Shown: positions 28,767-38,587, counted from the stretch's first letter. The stretch is 64,000 bases of DNA from Syntrophales bacterium (GCA_036725345.1 DAIMEJ010000003.1:25553-89552); one strand, 5' to 3'. Program-made: numbers and translations. The notes: generated by a model not told the origin, from the letters alone.

Positions 28767-30503
28767 ATGCAAGGAAAGGTGGGGAAAGTGAAAGTCAGGA
28801 AAAAACTGGGGGAAATGCTCGTAGAGGCCAAGCTGTTGACGGATGAACAGCTCAATCAGGCGCTGACGGATCACAAGAAGAGCGGCCTCAAGCTGGGCAA
28901 GTATCTCATGCAGCAGGGGACCCTGACGGAATACCAGATCATCAGCGTCCTGAGCCAGCAGTTGAAGATAGAGAAGTACCATCCGGACAAGTACCCCGTG
29001 GACATCAACCTCGTCCAGATTGTGCCTTCGGACATCGCCCAGAAATACCAGGTTGCTCCGCTGAAGAAAAAGGGTCACCTCCTGACCATCGCGATGGTCG
29101 ACCCTGTCGATATCAACGCCCAGGACGCCATTGAAATGCTCACCAACCACGAGGTGGAACCCGTGGTCTGCACGGAACGCGAGTTGAACCAACTCATCGG
29201 GCAGGTCTACGGGATGCAGTCGGGAATCGGCGGGGTGCTGGAGAGCATCGAGGAACTCAAGATTGATTCGGGTGCCGACGCCGACGCCATCGCGGGGCCC
29301 TCGACGGACGATCTGCAGGTCAGCTCTCTCCAGGGGATGGCCGAGGAAGCCCCGATCGTGCGCCTCGTCAATTCCATCATCTCGCAGGCCGTCCGCGAAA
29401 GTGCAAGTGACATCCATCTCAGCCCGCAGCTGAAAAATGTCCAGGTGAGATTCCGGATTGATGGCAGGCTGCACGAAGTCCCCGCGCCCCCCAAGGCCAT
29501 GTTCCTGCCCATCATATCCCGGATCAAGATTCTGGCCAATATGGACATCGCCACATCGAGGATCCCGCAGGACGGGCGATTCACGGTCAAAATGGAAAAC
29601 AAGGAGATCAACGTCAGGGTTTCCTCGATCCCGACGATCTACGGGGAAAACCTCGTTTTGAGACTTCTCGACATGGGTGCCGGCGTCTACTCCCTGGATC
29701 GTCTGGGCATGTCCAAGGAGGACAAGGACAAGGTCGACTCCATCATCAACAAACCCTACGGCATGATTCTCAGCACGGGGCCCACCGGCAGCGGCAAGAG
29801 CACGAGCCTCTACGCCATCATCAAGGAAATCAACCGGGCCGATATTCACATCATCACGCTCGAGGACCCCGTGGAATACAGGGTCGAGCGGGTGAGGCAG
29901 GTACAGCTGAATCGGAAGGCGGGGATGACCTTTGCCAGCGGGTTGAGGTCGATTCTCCGGCAGGACCCGGATGTCATCATGGTCGGCGAGATCCGGGACG
30001 GCGAAACGGCGGGAATCGCCGTGCAGGCGGCACTGACGGGTCACAGGGTCCTGAGCACCGTTCACACCAATGATTCCGCCGGTGCGATCACCCGGCTTCT
30101 CGACATGGGCATCGAGCCGTTCCTCGTTTCGTCGGTCCTGCTCGTCTCTTTTGCCCAGAGGCTCGTGAGGACCATTTGCACCTATTGCAAGGAGCCCTAC
30201 CGGCCGAACGAGAAGGTGGTCGAGGCCTGGGGACTCAACGGGGTGAAGGACGGTCAGTTCCAGCGCGGACGGGGATGTCCCGCCTGCATGGGAACGGGTT
30301 ACCGGGGGCGAACGGGTCTCTTCGAAATCCTTCTCAATGACGACCTCATTCAGGACATGATTATCAAAGGGGCTTCGGCCCAGGAGATCCACCGCGCGGC
30401 CAAGCAGGCCGGGAGGCTTCGGACCCTCAGGGAGGATGCCGTTATCAAGGTCCTCAACGGCGTCACGACACTGGAGGAAGCGGCCTCGGCCGTCATGGTC
30501 TGA
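28767..30503 (+). CDS. pilB: Type IV pilus extension ATPase (PilB/GspE family)
   Basis: MshEN-like N-term KLGEML, ASDIH, PQDGR, GPTGSGKST, EDPVE, VGEIRD, TVHTND, CxxC...CxxC Zn site. Confidence 0.93.
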   Translation: MQGKVGKVKVRKKLGEMLVEAKLLTDEQLNQALTDHKKSGLKLGKYLMQQGTLTEYQIISVLSQQLKIEKYHPDKYPVDINLVQIVPSDIAQKYQVAPLKKKGHLLTIAMVDPVDINAQDAIEMLTNHEVEPVVCTERELNQLIGQVYGMQSGIGGVLESIEELKIDSGADADAIAGPSTDDLQVSSLQGMAEEAPIVRLVNSIISQAVRESASDIHLSPQLKNVQVRFRIDGRLHEVPAPPKAMFLPIISRIKILANMDIATSRIPQDGRFTVKMENKEINVRVSSIPTIYGENLVLRLLDMGAGVYSLDRLGMSKEDKDKVDSIINKPYGMILSTGPTGSGKSTSLYAIIKEINRADIHIITLEDPVEYRVERVRQVQLNRKAGMTFASGLRSILRQDPDVIMVGEIRDGETAGIAVQAALTGHRVLSTVHTNDSAGAITRLLDMGIEPFLVSSVLLVSFAQRLVRTICTYCKEPYRPNEKVVEAWGLNGVKDGQFQRGRGCPACMGTGYRGRTGLFEILLNDDLIQDMIIKGASAQEIHRAAKQAGRLRTLREDAVIKVLNGVTTLEEAASAVMV

Positions 30504-30545
30504 ATTTTTCTCTCTCGTGCGATTATTTTTGAACGGAAGGATCCC

Positions 30546-31781
30546 ATGCCTAAATTCACATACGAGGCGATCGCGGAAAGCGGCGCGGCCCTGTCGGGGG
30601 TCATCGAAGCGGAGTCTGCCGAGATGGCGAACACCCTGCTCGCCACCCGGGGTTATATCCCGTCAAAGGTCAAGAGGGTTTCCGAGGGGGGGGTCGGCCG
30701 GGGCCTGGCCTTCGACTTCATCCAGTCCCGGTTGGCGTCGGTCAAGGCTTCGGAGCTCATCCTTTTCACAAAGCAGTTCCGGACCATGTTCAGGGCGGGT
30801 GTGCCGATCATGCGAATATTCGAGGTTCTCGGTTATCAGACGCAGAACCCGAAATTGAAGAGGATCATCACGGGAATTGCCGGCGACATACAGGAAGGCG
30901 CCACCCTGTCGGACGCGCTGTCGAAGCATCCCGACACCTTCACACCCCTTTACCGGAGCATGATCAAGGCCGGCGAGACCAGCGGTAACATCCCCGAGGT
31001 ATTGGAGCGGATGATCTATATCCTGGAGCACGAGCACAAGATCAAGTCGGACATCCGGTCAGCCATGCAATACCCCATCATCGTGCTCATTGCTCTGGGG
31101 GTGGCCTTTTTCGTGCTCCTGACCTTCGTCATCCCCCGGTTTGTGACGATCTTCTCCAGGGCGGGGCTCGCCCTTCCCTGGCCGACGAAGGTCAGCATGG
31201 TGCTCTACTCCGTGCTCAGCAACTACTGGTACATCTGCCTGGCCGCCGTCGTCCTGGGGGGGATAGCGCTGCGGATGTATTTCAAGACACCGGTGGGTCG
31301 ATACACGAGGGATGCCTTCATCCTGCGCATTCCGCTCATCGGCACCCTTTTCATCCGGGCGGCCATGTCGCGGTTCGCAAGCATCTTTTCCATCCTCCAG
31401 TCGAGCGGTGTCCCCGTGATGACGTCCCTGCAGATCCTCTCGGGGACCATCGGCAACACCGCCATCGCGAGGGAATTCGACCGCGTCCGGGACCGTGTGG
31501 AGGAGGGAAGGGGCATTTCAGGCCCCCTGAATGTGGCAAAGTACTTCACCCCCATGGTGATTCAGATGGTTTCCATCGGCGAGGAGTCGGGTCAGCTCGA
31601 TGAAATGCTGAAGGCCGTGTCGACCCACTATGATGACGAGGTGGCCTATTCCGTTCAGCGGCTATCCGAAGCCGTGGGCCCGATTCTGGTCGTCGGCCTT
31701 GCGGCGGTGGTCGGCTTTTTTGCCATGGCCATTTTCCTTCCGATGTGGGACCTCACGCAGGTCGCGCGGACGGGATTCTGA
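30546..31781 (+). CDS. pilC: Type IV pilus platform protein (PilC/GspF family)
   Basis: FTYEA, FTKQF..MFRAGVP, GETSG, AMQYP, GEESGQLDEML, AIFLPMW. Confidence 0.93.
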   Translation: MPKFTYEAIAESGAALSGVIEAESAEMANTLLATRGYIPSKVKRVSEGGVGRGLAFDFIQSRLASVKASELILFTKQFRTMFRAGVPIMRIFEVLGYQTQNPKLKRIITGIAGDIQEGATLSDALSKHPDTFTPLYRSMIKAGETSGNIPEVLERMIYILEHEHKIKSDIRSAMQYPIIVLIALGVAFFVLLTFVIPRFVTIFSRAGLALPWPTKVSMVLYSVLSNYWYICLAAVVLGGIALRMYFKTPVGRYTRDAFILRIPLIGTLFIRAAMSRFASIFSILQSSGVPVMTSLQILSGTIGNTAIAREFDRVRDRVEEGRGISGPLNVAKYFTPMVIQMVSIGEESGQLDEMLKAVSTHYDDEVAYSVQRLSEAVGPILVVGLAAVVGFFAMAIFLPMWDLTQVARTGF

Positions 31782-31882
31782 TATGCCTTCCGGGGAGTCG
31801 CCTGCCGCTGCCCCGGCAAGGGGGTATACGGGATTGTATGAGCCCGGGGAATCGTTTTTGCGCAACACGGACACTCAATGAC

Positions 31883-33208
31883 ATGAAGCGCCCTCAGATC
31901 AACGTCAGTCTTTACGTTCTCATTCCGGTGATCTTCAGCGGGATTGCCGTCTTCGCGATCATCATCACCTACCGGATGATGGTGTCCTATGCCCAGTTTC
32001 CCGTGGAGTCCCTATCCTACCTTCAGTGGTGGGGTCTGGGCATCACCGTCTTCACCTTTCTCTGCGCGCTGTTCATCACGTGGCTCATCCTGAGACCGAT
32101 CAAGCAGTTCATCAAGAAGACGGAGAACCTCCCCGTATTCCCGAAATCCCAGGTTGAAAGCGTGAAGAGCTCCAAGGGGGACGATCTGGCGCAGTTCAAC
32201 ACGGTCTTCGAGCAGGTCAGCAACATCCTGAGCAAGGTCGAAGCCAAGGAGCTTTTCCCCGAAATTGTCGGGCAGAGCAAGGCCGTCAGGGGCATCTTCA
32301 GCCAGGTCTTGAAGATCGCGCCGACGGACGCGACGGTCCTCATCACGGGAGAGAGCGGGACGGGAAAGGAACTCATCGCCCAGAGCATTTATCAGCACAG
32401 CCTGCGGAAGGATCGACCCTTCGTCAAGCTCAACTGTGTGGCCATACCCGAGGGGCTGCTGGAGAGCGAGCTGTTCGGCCACGAAAAGGGATCTTTTACC
32501 GGGGCCACGGCGCAGAAAAAAGGAAAGTTCGAGCTGGCCAACAGCGGGACCATTCTCCTGGACGAAATCGGGGACATGCCGCTTACCACGCAGGCCAAGC
32601 TGCTTCGCGTTCTCCAGGAAAAGGAATTCGAAAGGGTGGGTGGCACCCGATCCATCAGGGTCGATGTCCGCTTCATTGCCGCGAGCAACAAGCAACTCCC
32701 CAAGCTCGTCCAGGACGGGTCATTCAGGGAGGATCTCTTCTATCGGCTCAACGTTCTTTCCCTGTACCTGCCGCCCTTGAGGGAGAGGCGAGAGGACATT
32801 CCCCTTTTGGCGGAATATTTTCTATCCAGGGCGGCAAAGCCCGTGAATATTTCATCCGCGGCGCTGCAGTCCCTGATCGGCTACAGCTGGCCCGGAAACG
32901 TCAGGGAACTTCAAAACACGATTGAGCGGGCTGCCGTCATGGCTGAAAACGGCATCATCCAGATCCATCATATCCCCCCCCAGATTACAGGCGGTGTCGT
33001 CGGTCAGATCACGAATGAACTGCCCGAGACGGCGTCCATCGACGACAGGCTGCAGGAAATTGAGAAGAAAATAATCGTTGACGCTTTGATCAGGGCCGAC
33101 GGTATACAGGTCAAGGCCGCCCAGATTCTCGGGATCAAAGAGCGAAGCCTCTGGCACAGAATCAAGAAATACGACATTGATGTCACGGCCATAAAGAAAT
33201 CTACATAA
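31883..33208 (+). CDS. Membrane-anchored sigma-54 enhancer-binding protein (2 TM + HAMP-like linker + AAA+ + Fis HTH)
   Basis: Two N-terminal TM helices; IVGQS, TGESGTGKE, ESELFGHEKGSFTGA, LLDEIGD, FREDLFYRL, WPGNVREL, AAQILGI; no receiver domain. Confidence 0.88.
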   Translation: MKRPQINVSLYVLIPVIFSGIAVFAIIITYRMMVSYAQFPVESLSYLQWWGLGITVFTFLCALFITWLILRPIKQFIKKTENLPVFPKSQVESVKSSKGDDLAQFNTVFEQVSNILSKVEAKELFPEIVGQSKAVRGIFSQVLKIAPTDATVLITGESGTGKELIAQSIYQHSLRKDRPFVKLNCVAIPEGLLESELFGHEKGSFTGATAQKKGKFELANSGTILLDEIGDMPLTTQAKLLRVLQEKEFERVGGTRSIRVDVRFIAASNKQLPKLVQDGSFREDLFYRLNVLSLYLPPLRERREDIPLLAEYFLSRAAKPVNISSAALQSLIGYSWPGNVRELQNTIERAAVMAENGIIQIHHIPPQITGGVVGQITNELPETASIDDRLQEIEKKIIVDALIRADGIQVKAAQILGIKERSLWHRIKKYDIDVTAIKKST

Positions 33209-33346
33209 ATTGGAGGGCTTGCTTCAATATTTGTAAGTATTTTATATTTTTCAGGTTTCAAAAAAAAGGCAAGCCGGTGAAAATTGATTGATAATGGTAT
33301 GAATTCACTCACCATTCTTGTTTTGCCCCGTCTTTTATCCGGGACA

Positions 33347-33362
33347 TGGCATGGTTCATGCT
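33347..33362 (+). promoter_or_regulatory. Putative sigma-54 promoter of the major pilin gene
   Basis: TGGCATG-GTTC-ATGCT with correct GG/GC spacing, between the EBP gene and pilA. Confidence 0.65.
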
Positions 33363-33615
33363 GATTCGATGCTCTGACGGCGTCCAAAAGTCGCTGAAAA
33401 TCAAGGATGTAGTGACAGGTTCTTTTATAACATAGCTATCGCGGGCAGATTTTTTGTTACGGGTTGCCTAAAATCCTACCGTGACACGGACCTTAAGGGC
33501 ATGTCTCTCCCGCGTAGGAGATAAAAAGGTTCTTTAGAGGATGGCGTTTGGTGGTTCTCGAGAAAAGGAATTCTAATAATAAATGGTGAATAAACGAGTT
33601 TCAAGGAGGTTTCAG

Positions 33616-34002
33616 ATGCGTAGTCAAATGCTCATCAAAAATCAGAAAGGTTTCACGCTGATCGAGATCATCGCCGTTCTCGTGATCCTCGGGATCCTGG
33701 CTGCCGTCGCCATCCCGAAGTACTTCAGCCTGCAGGAAGAGGCCAAGATCAGAGCGGCGGTGGGGGCCGTGGCCGAGGGTAAAGCCAGGGTCACCCAGTA
33801 TGGTGCCCAGGAGCTTCTGAAAAACAGCAGGTGGCCTGGCTTAGATAGTTACACCAACGCTGCCCTCGGAACCGGTGCTGGTGATTTTACGCTGTCTTTT
33901 TCTCGTGATGGAAGCGACATCGTTGTTAAGGCAATAGGAAGAGCTGCACCTGTTGCAGGTACCAGCACGAGCGGCAAAATCAGGCCGCCGACCGGAAGCT
34001 AA
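33616..34002 (+). CDS. pilA: Major type IVa pilin
   Basis: QKG/FTLIEIIAVLVILGILAAVAIPKY class III signal; AAGGAGG SD; own promoter and strong terminator; 116-aa mature chain. Confidence 0.88.
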   Translation: MRSQMLIKNQKGFTLIEIIAVLVILGILAAVAIPKYFSLQEEAKIRAAVGAVAEGKARVTQYGAQELLKNSRWPGLDSYTNAALGTGAGDFTLSFSRDGSDIVVKAIGRAAPVAGTSTSGKIRPPTGS

Positions 34003-34019
34003 TTATCATTGTATCCAGG

Positions 34020-34058
34020 AATGCAGAGCTGCCCCGAGGGGCAGCTCTGCATTTTTTT
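34020..34058 (+). terminator. Intrinsic terminator after pilin
   Basis: Perfect stem AATGCAGAGCTGCCC-cga-GGGCAGCTCTGCATT plus T run. Confidence 0.9.
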
Positions 34059-34271
34059 AAGCAATCCCCTTATCACTTCCTCTCCAAAGCCGCGGTCAGT
34101 CTCGGCAACTAACCCCTGAACCAATCCTGAATCGAGCTTTTACCTTTTCTCGACTCGAAATCCCCATTGAATCGGCCTTTGGGGTGAAGAGCATGGGCGA
34201 GGGTTTTTTGCAGCGATAGGACCGGGACAGGCAGATCGCTCCATGGAGGTGCTGACTTTCACGAACAACAG

Positions 34272-36488
34272 TCAGTGAGCCTGACGGTTGGATGCAAGCG
34301 ATCGAAACACGCGATCGATGATGGGAAAGATAACGCCCTCATCAGGAATATAGGCGTGCATGTAATTCTCTCTGCGGATTTCTCTCACTTTATTTCTGAG
34401 TTCCCGCCTGTTCGTCAATGTAAAGAGTCGGCAGACCGTCTTCGTCAGAAGCTTTCTTTGACCTGTGCGTTCGTACAGCTCGATGAGCGCGAGGTGCGCA
34501 TCGAGTCTGTTCGGCGCCCTGGCAAGAGCCTTCTGCCAGAAAGAGATCGAAAGTTCATCATTTTTACGCTGCCGGTGGGCCTCTGCCGCGAGCACCATGG
34601 CGGAGGTGTCGTTTTCATTCATGGACAATATTTTCAATGCCGCCGTGACGGCCCCCGCCGTATTGCCCTCCTTCAGAGAAATCAATCCATCATTGATGAG
34701 GTAAACCGAATTCCTGGGGTTCTCATCCACTGCGAGCTGAATGTATTTTCGCGCCTCCGGCAGATTCCCCTGGTTTAGCCTGGCAAGGGCCATACCGTTA
34801 TAAAGGTCGGGGATGGTCCCGTACTTACGTTCCGCTTCGCGGAAGTATGAAAAGGCCTTTTCGTAGTCTTTTTCATGTTCTAGGTAATAATTTCCGATAT
34901 TGCACAGGTAAATGACCGGTTCGGACAGGTTGGCAAATCCCCCGAGCTCCAGTGCTTTTATGCTCTTCTCCAGGGCCATTTCGTAATTGCCTTCTTCCCG
35001 ATAGACCTTGGCCAGGGCTCCGTGCGGTCGGCTGAGATTTGGGTATGTCTCCGCGTTGACCATCCAGAGAATCTTCGCGTACCTCATATGGCCGTTTCTC
35101 AAATAGGTGGTATGGCCGAAATCAACCAGAAGAACGACTATGGCGAAGACCGCCATCATCTGAATCCATTTCCTCCGGGAGAAGTAGTCGAGGACATCGA
35201 GCAGGAAAATGGCAATCGGCACGAAAAACAGCATCGAAGGTATGTAGTTTCTGTGCTCATAGATGAGCTCCAGGGGGATGATCGAGCCTTCGACAAGGTG
35301 ATTCAGGAAAAAAAAGATGATGCAATAGGACAGAAGGGGTCTTTTGCGCGCCGAGGAGAGGGCGTATGCAAGGGCGACCAAAATGAATAGAATGGCCAGG
35401 GCCGTCGACGGGGGTTCCAGAAGAGACCTCGAGATCTCGATGTCGTGAACCAGGGCCATGCGGGTGGTCTGGGGATAAACCAGAAGCGACAGGTAAAAGA
35501 CAATGACGCGGGGCTCCGTCAGGAGACGCTCCGCCATGTTGAAACGGCGCAGGCGGTATCCTTCGAAGAGACTCGAAAAGTCGACGGAGAAAATGATGAC
35601 GATGGTGATTGCCGCGAGAATTGCGACAACGGCCAGGACCATTTTTTTGCTGAATCTTTCCTGGAGCCCCTGGATGAGCATCACGTCATAGAGAAGAATG
35701 CTCAACGGCAGAAGGACGACGTTTTCCTTGCTGCCCAGCGCCAGCAGGGTCGACGCCGCGGAGAGACCAAAACACAGTATGGCCGATATTTTTCTGTCCA
35801 CAGTCCGTCCCTTAAGATAAAAATACATGGCCATGATGTAAAACATGCCTGCCATGCTCGCCATCCTCTGGATGATTGTCGTAACGGCGTGGACATGAAT
35901 GGGGTGCGCGGACCAGAAAAAAGCGGCGAGAAGGGCTATGTTGTATGCGTTATCGCCATAGTACGGTCGAAGCAGCGGCAGTTTCAGGGTGTTCATGACG
36001 AAGAGAAAAAGGAAAAACGCCGCCACCAGGTGAATGACGACATTGACGACATGATAGCCGAACTCGTCCAGGTCCCCGAAATAGTAGTTTGTCGCGAAGC
36101 TGATGTAAGCGACAGGCCGGCTGAGTTTCCCCTCCCTGGTGTAAATACCTTTTGACAGCTCGGACCAGGTCAGGTTTTTGATGTGTATTTTTTCATTGTC
36201 GACAATGTTGCCGATATCGTCGAAGTGCCACTCGGCATGAAAGCTGTTTCCGTATATGGCGAGCAGAAGAACGGACAGGCCGATGAACGCAAAAATATAC
36301 TTTCGGGCATCCGGCAGGTGCCATTTGGTATTCACATTAAATCCGTTTCTCTTGGATATCATGCTTTTCCCCGATTCACCGCCCATCAGCGGATCGTCGT
36401 CCCCCTCTTCCACATCCCGCGAACGGATCCATTGTTCCGTTCTCGTGAAAAAAGGCCCTGGCATCCGTATTCGCGGTTGAAAGGGCAA
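34272..36488 (-). CDS. TMTC-like GT-C membrane glycosyltransferase with C-terminal TPRs (paralog 1)
   Basis: TM1 then WHFDDIGNIVDN; FHLVN-like YHVVN; HPIHVHAVTTIIQR; SKEN; YEHRNYIPS; then TPR helices; true start may be 36362. Confidence 0.8.
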   Translation of the reverse strand: MPFQPRIRMPGPFFTRTEQWIRSRDVEEGDDDPLMGGESGKSMISKRNGFNVNTKWHLPDARKYIFAFIGLSVLLLAIYGNSFHAEWHFDDIGNIVDNEKIHIKNLTWSELSKGIYTREGKLSRPVAYISFATNYYFGDLDEFGYHVVNVVIHLVAAFFLFLFVMNTLKLPLLRPYYGDNAYNIALLAAFFWSAHPIHVHAVTTIIQRMASMAGMFYIMAMYFYLKGRTVDRKISAILCFGLSAASTLLALGSKENVVLLPLSILLYDVMLIQGLQERFSKKMVLAVVAILAAITIVIIFSVDFSSLFEGYRLRRFNMAERLLTEPRVIVFYLSLLVYPQTTRMALVHDIEISRSLLEPPSTALAILFILVALAYALSSARKRPLLSYCIIFFFLNHLVEGSIIPLELIYEHRNYIPSMLFFVPIAIFLLDVLDYFSRRKWIQMMAVFAIVVLLVDFGHTTYLRNGHMRYAKILWMVNAETYPNLSRPHGALAKVYREEGNYEMALEKSIKALELGGFANLSEPVIYLCNIGNYYLEHEKDYEKAFSYFREAERKYGTIPDLYNGMALARLNQGNLPEARKYIQLAVDENPRNSVYLINDGLISLKEGNTAGAVTAALKILSMNENDTSAMVLAAEAHRQRKNDELSISFWQKALARAPNRLDAHLALIELYERTGQRKLLTKTVCRLFTLTNRRELRNKVREIRRENYMHAYIPDEGVIFPIIDRVFRSLASNRQAH

Positions 36489-36493
36489 CGGGA

Positions 36494-38572
36494 CTAGAGG
36501 GCCTTGTCCCTGCGCGCGGCTCCGCGGTCCGGCTGTTTCTTTTTCAGCAGAAAAACGATGCGTTCCGGAACAGGGACGTAGGAATAGAAATTTTTCCTCT
36601 GTTGAATCCCCTGGACAAAATCCAGAACAGCCTGACTGCCGATGCCCTGAAGCAGAAGGTCTCTCGCCTCCGCAAACTCCCGGTCTTTGCCGGCGGCGTC
36701 ATGAAGATCCATCAGCGCCAGGTACGCGTAGTTTCTGTCGGCTCTTTTCTGCAGATAATATCCCCAGTATGAAGCCGATTCGGCATAGAGCCCTTTCCGG
36801 CGAAGGGCTTCAGCGATGATGGTCAGGGGCGAACTGTGGTCTTCCGCCAGGTCCAGGGCTTTCCGGCTCGACGCCATCGCCCCGTCAAGGTCCCCCTCCT
36901 TCAAAAGAATCAAAGCGTGATTGCTGTGGTAATCCGTGTTTCCGGGTTTCAGGGCTATGGCCTTGACGATCGTCGCTTCGGCCGCATCGAAATCCCCTTT
37001 CTTCAGAAACAACATGGCCATTCCATTGTAATACTCGTGCGTGGTGGCGTATTCCAGGGACTTCGTGTAACAGGTCCTGGCTTTCTCTTCGTCCCCGCTC
37101 ATGTCCAGGTAAATGTTACCGACGTAGCAGTGGTAGATCGCGGGCTCCGCCCGGTTGATCCACCGATCCGATTTGAGGGCTGCCTGAAATTCCTCGAGCG
37201 CCCGTTCGTAATTCCCCTCCATGAGAAGTACTTTTCCGAGCAGGGCTCGCACGCGGCTGGACCGCGGGGTTTTCTCGACATTGTCCATCCACAGGGTCTT
37301 TTCGTCGGCCAGGACATCGTTTCGTTTGTAGGTTGTCAGGCCCTGAAGGGCAAGCATGACGGCGACGGCTACGATCAACAGCCGCCGGATAATCTGCTTG
37401 TCGGTGCAATGATCATAGACATGGACCATGAGGATGGCGACGGGCACAAAGAGGAACATGGAAGGTATGTAATTCCGGTGCTCGTAGGCGAGTTCCAGCG
37501 GCAGGATGGAACCCTCGATGACGTGATTGAGGAAGAAAAAGAGGACACAGAAGGAAATCAGGGGCCATCGGCGCGCTTTCAGCAGGGCGCCGCCGATGAT
37601 GAGCGCCATACCCAGAATAGCGGCCGCCGTCGTCCAGGGTTCGAAGAGCGAGCGGGAGACATGAACATCGTAGAAAAAGGCAAGCCGGGTGGGTACGGGG
37701 TAAAACAGGAGCGTGAGGTAAAGGAAAATGACCCTGGGCTGCGTCAGCAGCCGCTCCACCAGAGTGAAATACCGGGTCTGGTAACCCTCGATGACGGGCT
37801 TGAAATCGATCCACCAGAGCCCAAGAAGGACGGCGGCCAGCATGGGTATGGCGATGATTTTCAAGTTTTTCTTTATATTTTCCGTGCTCAACCCCTGGAT
37901 AAGGAATAGATCATACAGGAAGAGGATGACCGGCAGCATGAGGGCGTTTTCCTTGGAGCCGAAGGACAGAAGAAAAGAAGCACCGCAGAGCCCGTAGAAC
38001 AGGATGCTGTGCTGACGGTCTTGAGAGGTTCTTCCCCTGATGTAAGCAAACATGGCCAAAAGGAAAAAAAGGCCCGCCATGCTCGACATCCTCTGGATGA
38101 GGTAGGTGACGGCGGTTACCTGCACGGGATTGACCGACCACAGGAGTGTGGCGAGAAAGGAAATGGTGAAGGAACTCCGGCCGTATTCCTCCCGGAGGAG
38201 AGGGAGATTCAGCGTGCGGTGGATGACGAGGAAAAGGAGAAAGGACGAGAGGAGATGGAGAGTGACATTGACGACATGGTAACCGAACACATCCAATCGC
38301 CCGAAATAGTAATTGAGGCCGAAACTCAAGCGGGCCGCGGGTCTTGAAATATGCCCGAGAAAATAGAGGGTATTCTTCAACTCCGTCCAGGAGAGGTTTT
38401 TTAAATGCACCTGCCGGTTGTTGACGATGTTGTCAAAATCGTCAAAATGCCAGAGGGCATTGAAGCTGTTGCCGTAGATCGCCAGCAACACCAGCAGGAG
38501 GGTAACGAAGACGAGGCCGTACTTTTTCCCTGTCAGAGATTTCCAGTTCATAAGCGTCATGGGGCCAATCAA
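36494..38572 (-). CDS. TMTC-like GT-C membrane glycosyltransferase with C-terminal TPRs (paralog 2)
   Basis: WHFDDFDNIVNN; YHVVN; NPVQVTAVTYLIQR; SKEN; YEHRNYIPS; TPRs. Confidence 0.8.
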   Translation of the reverse strand: MIGPMTLMNWKSLTGKKYGLVFVTLLLVLLAIYGNSFNALWHFDDFDNIVNNRQVHLKNLSWTELKNTLYFLGHISRPAARLSFGLNYYFGRLDVFGYHVVNVTLHLLSSFLLFLVIHRTLNLPLLREEYGRSSFTISFLATLLWSVNPVQVTAVTYLIQRMSSMAGLFFLLAMFAYIRGRTSQDRQHSILFYGLCGASFLLSFGSKENALMLPVILFLYDLFLIQGLSTENIKKNLKIIAIPMLAAVLLGLWWIDFKPVIEGYQTRYFTLVERLLTQPRVIFLYLTLLFYPVPTRLAFFYDVHVSRSLFEPWTTAAAILGMALIIGGALLKARRWPLISFCVLFFFLNHVIEGSILPLELAYEHRNYIPSMFLFVPVAILMVHVYDHCTDKQIIRRLLIVAVAVMLALQGLTTYKRNDVLADEKTLWMDNVEKTPRSSRVRALLGKVLLMEGNYERALEEFQAALKSDRWINRAEPAIYHCYVGNIYLDMSGDEEKARTCYTKSLEYATTHEYYNGMAMLFLKKGDFDAAEATIVKAIALKPGNTDYHSNHALILLKEGDLDGAMASSRKALDLAEDHSSPLTIIAEALRRKGLYAESASYWGYYLQKRADRNYAYLALMDLHDAAGKDREFAEARDLLLQGIGSQAVLDFVQGIQQRKNFYSYVPVPERIVFLLKKKQPDRGAARRDKAL

Positions 38573-38587
38573 TAATTTGGATACAAT

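Noticed and set aside
22397-31781. Type II secretion system instead of a pilus
   Set aside because: PilM/N/O-like genes, a dedicated major pilin with its own promoter and terminator, and two PilT ATPases favour a retractile type IV pilus, despite the ExeA-like and GspL-like features
33430-33530. GEMM/c-di-GMP-I riboswitch in the long pilA leader
   Set aside because: Fragments (GGGTTGCC, CGGACCTTAAGG) occur in the wrong order, and the GGCAAA/GNRA/GACGCAAA core is missing; an Infernal scan would settle it
33652-34002. Electrically conductive (e-pilin) type pilin
   Set aside because: Only 8 aromatic residues in 116 (about 7%), Y27 is absent (Leu), and there are long aromatic-free gaps; this does not fit proposed e-pilin criteria
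34272-38572. PglL/TfpO (Wzy_C) O-oligosaccharyltransferase identity for the two membrane proteins
   Set aside because: No Wzy_C-type HxH/H-loop signature seen; the first-loop FDD motif and C-terminal TPR array fit the TMTC-like GT-C group better
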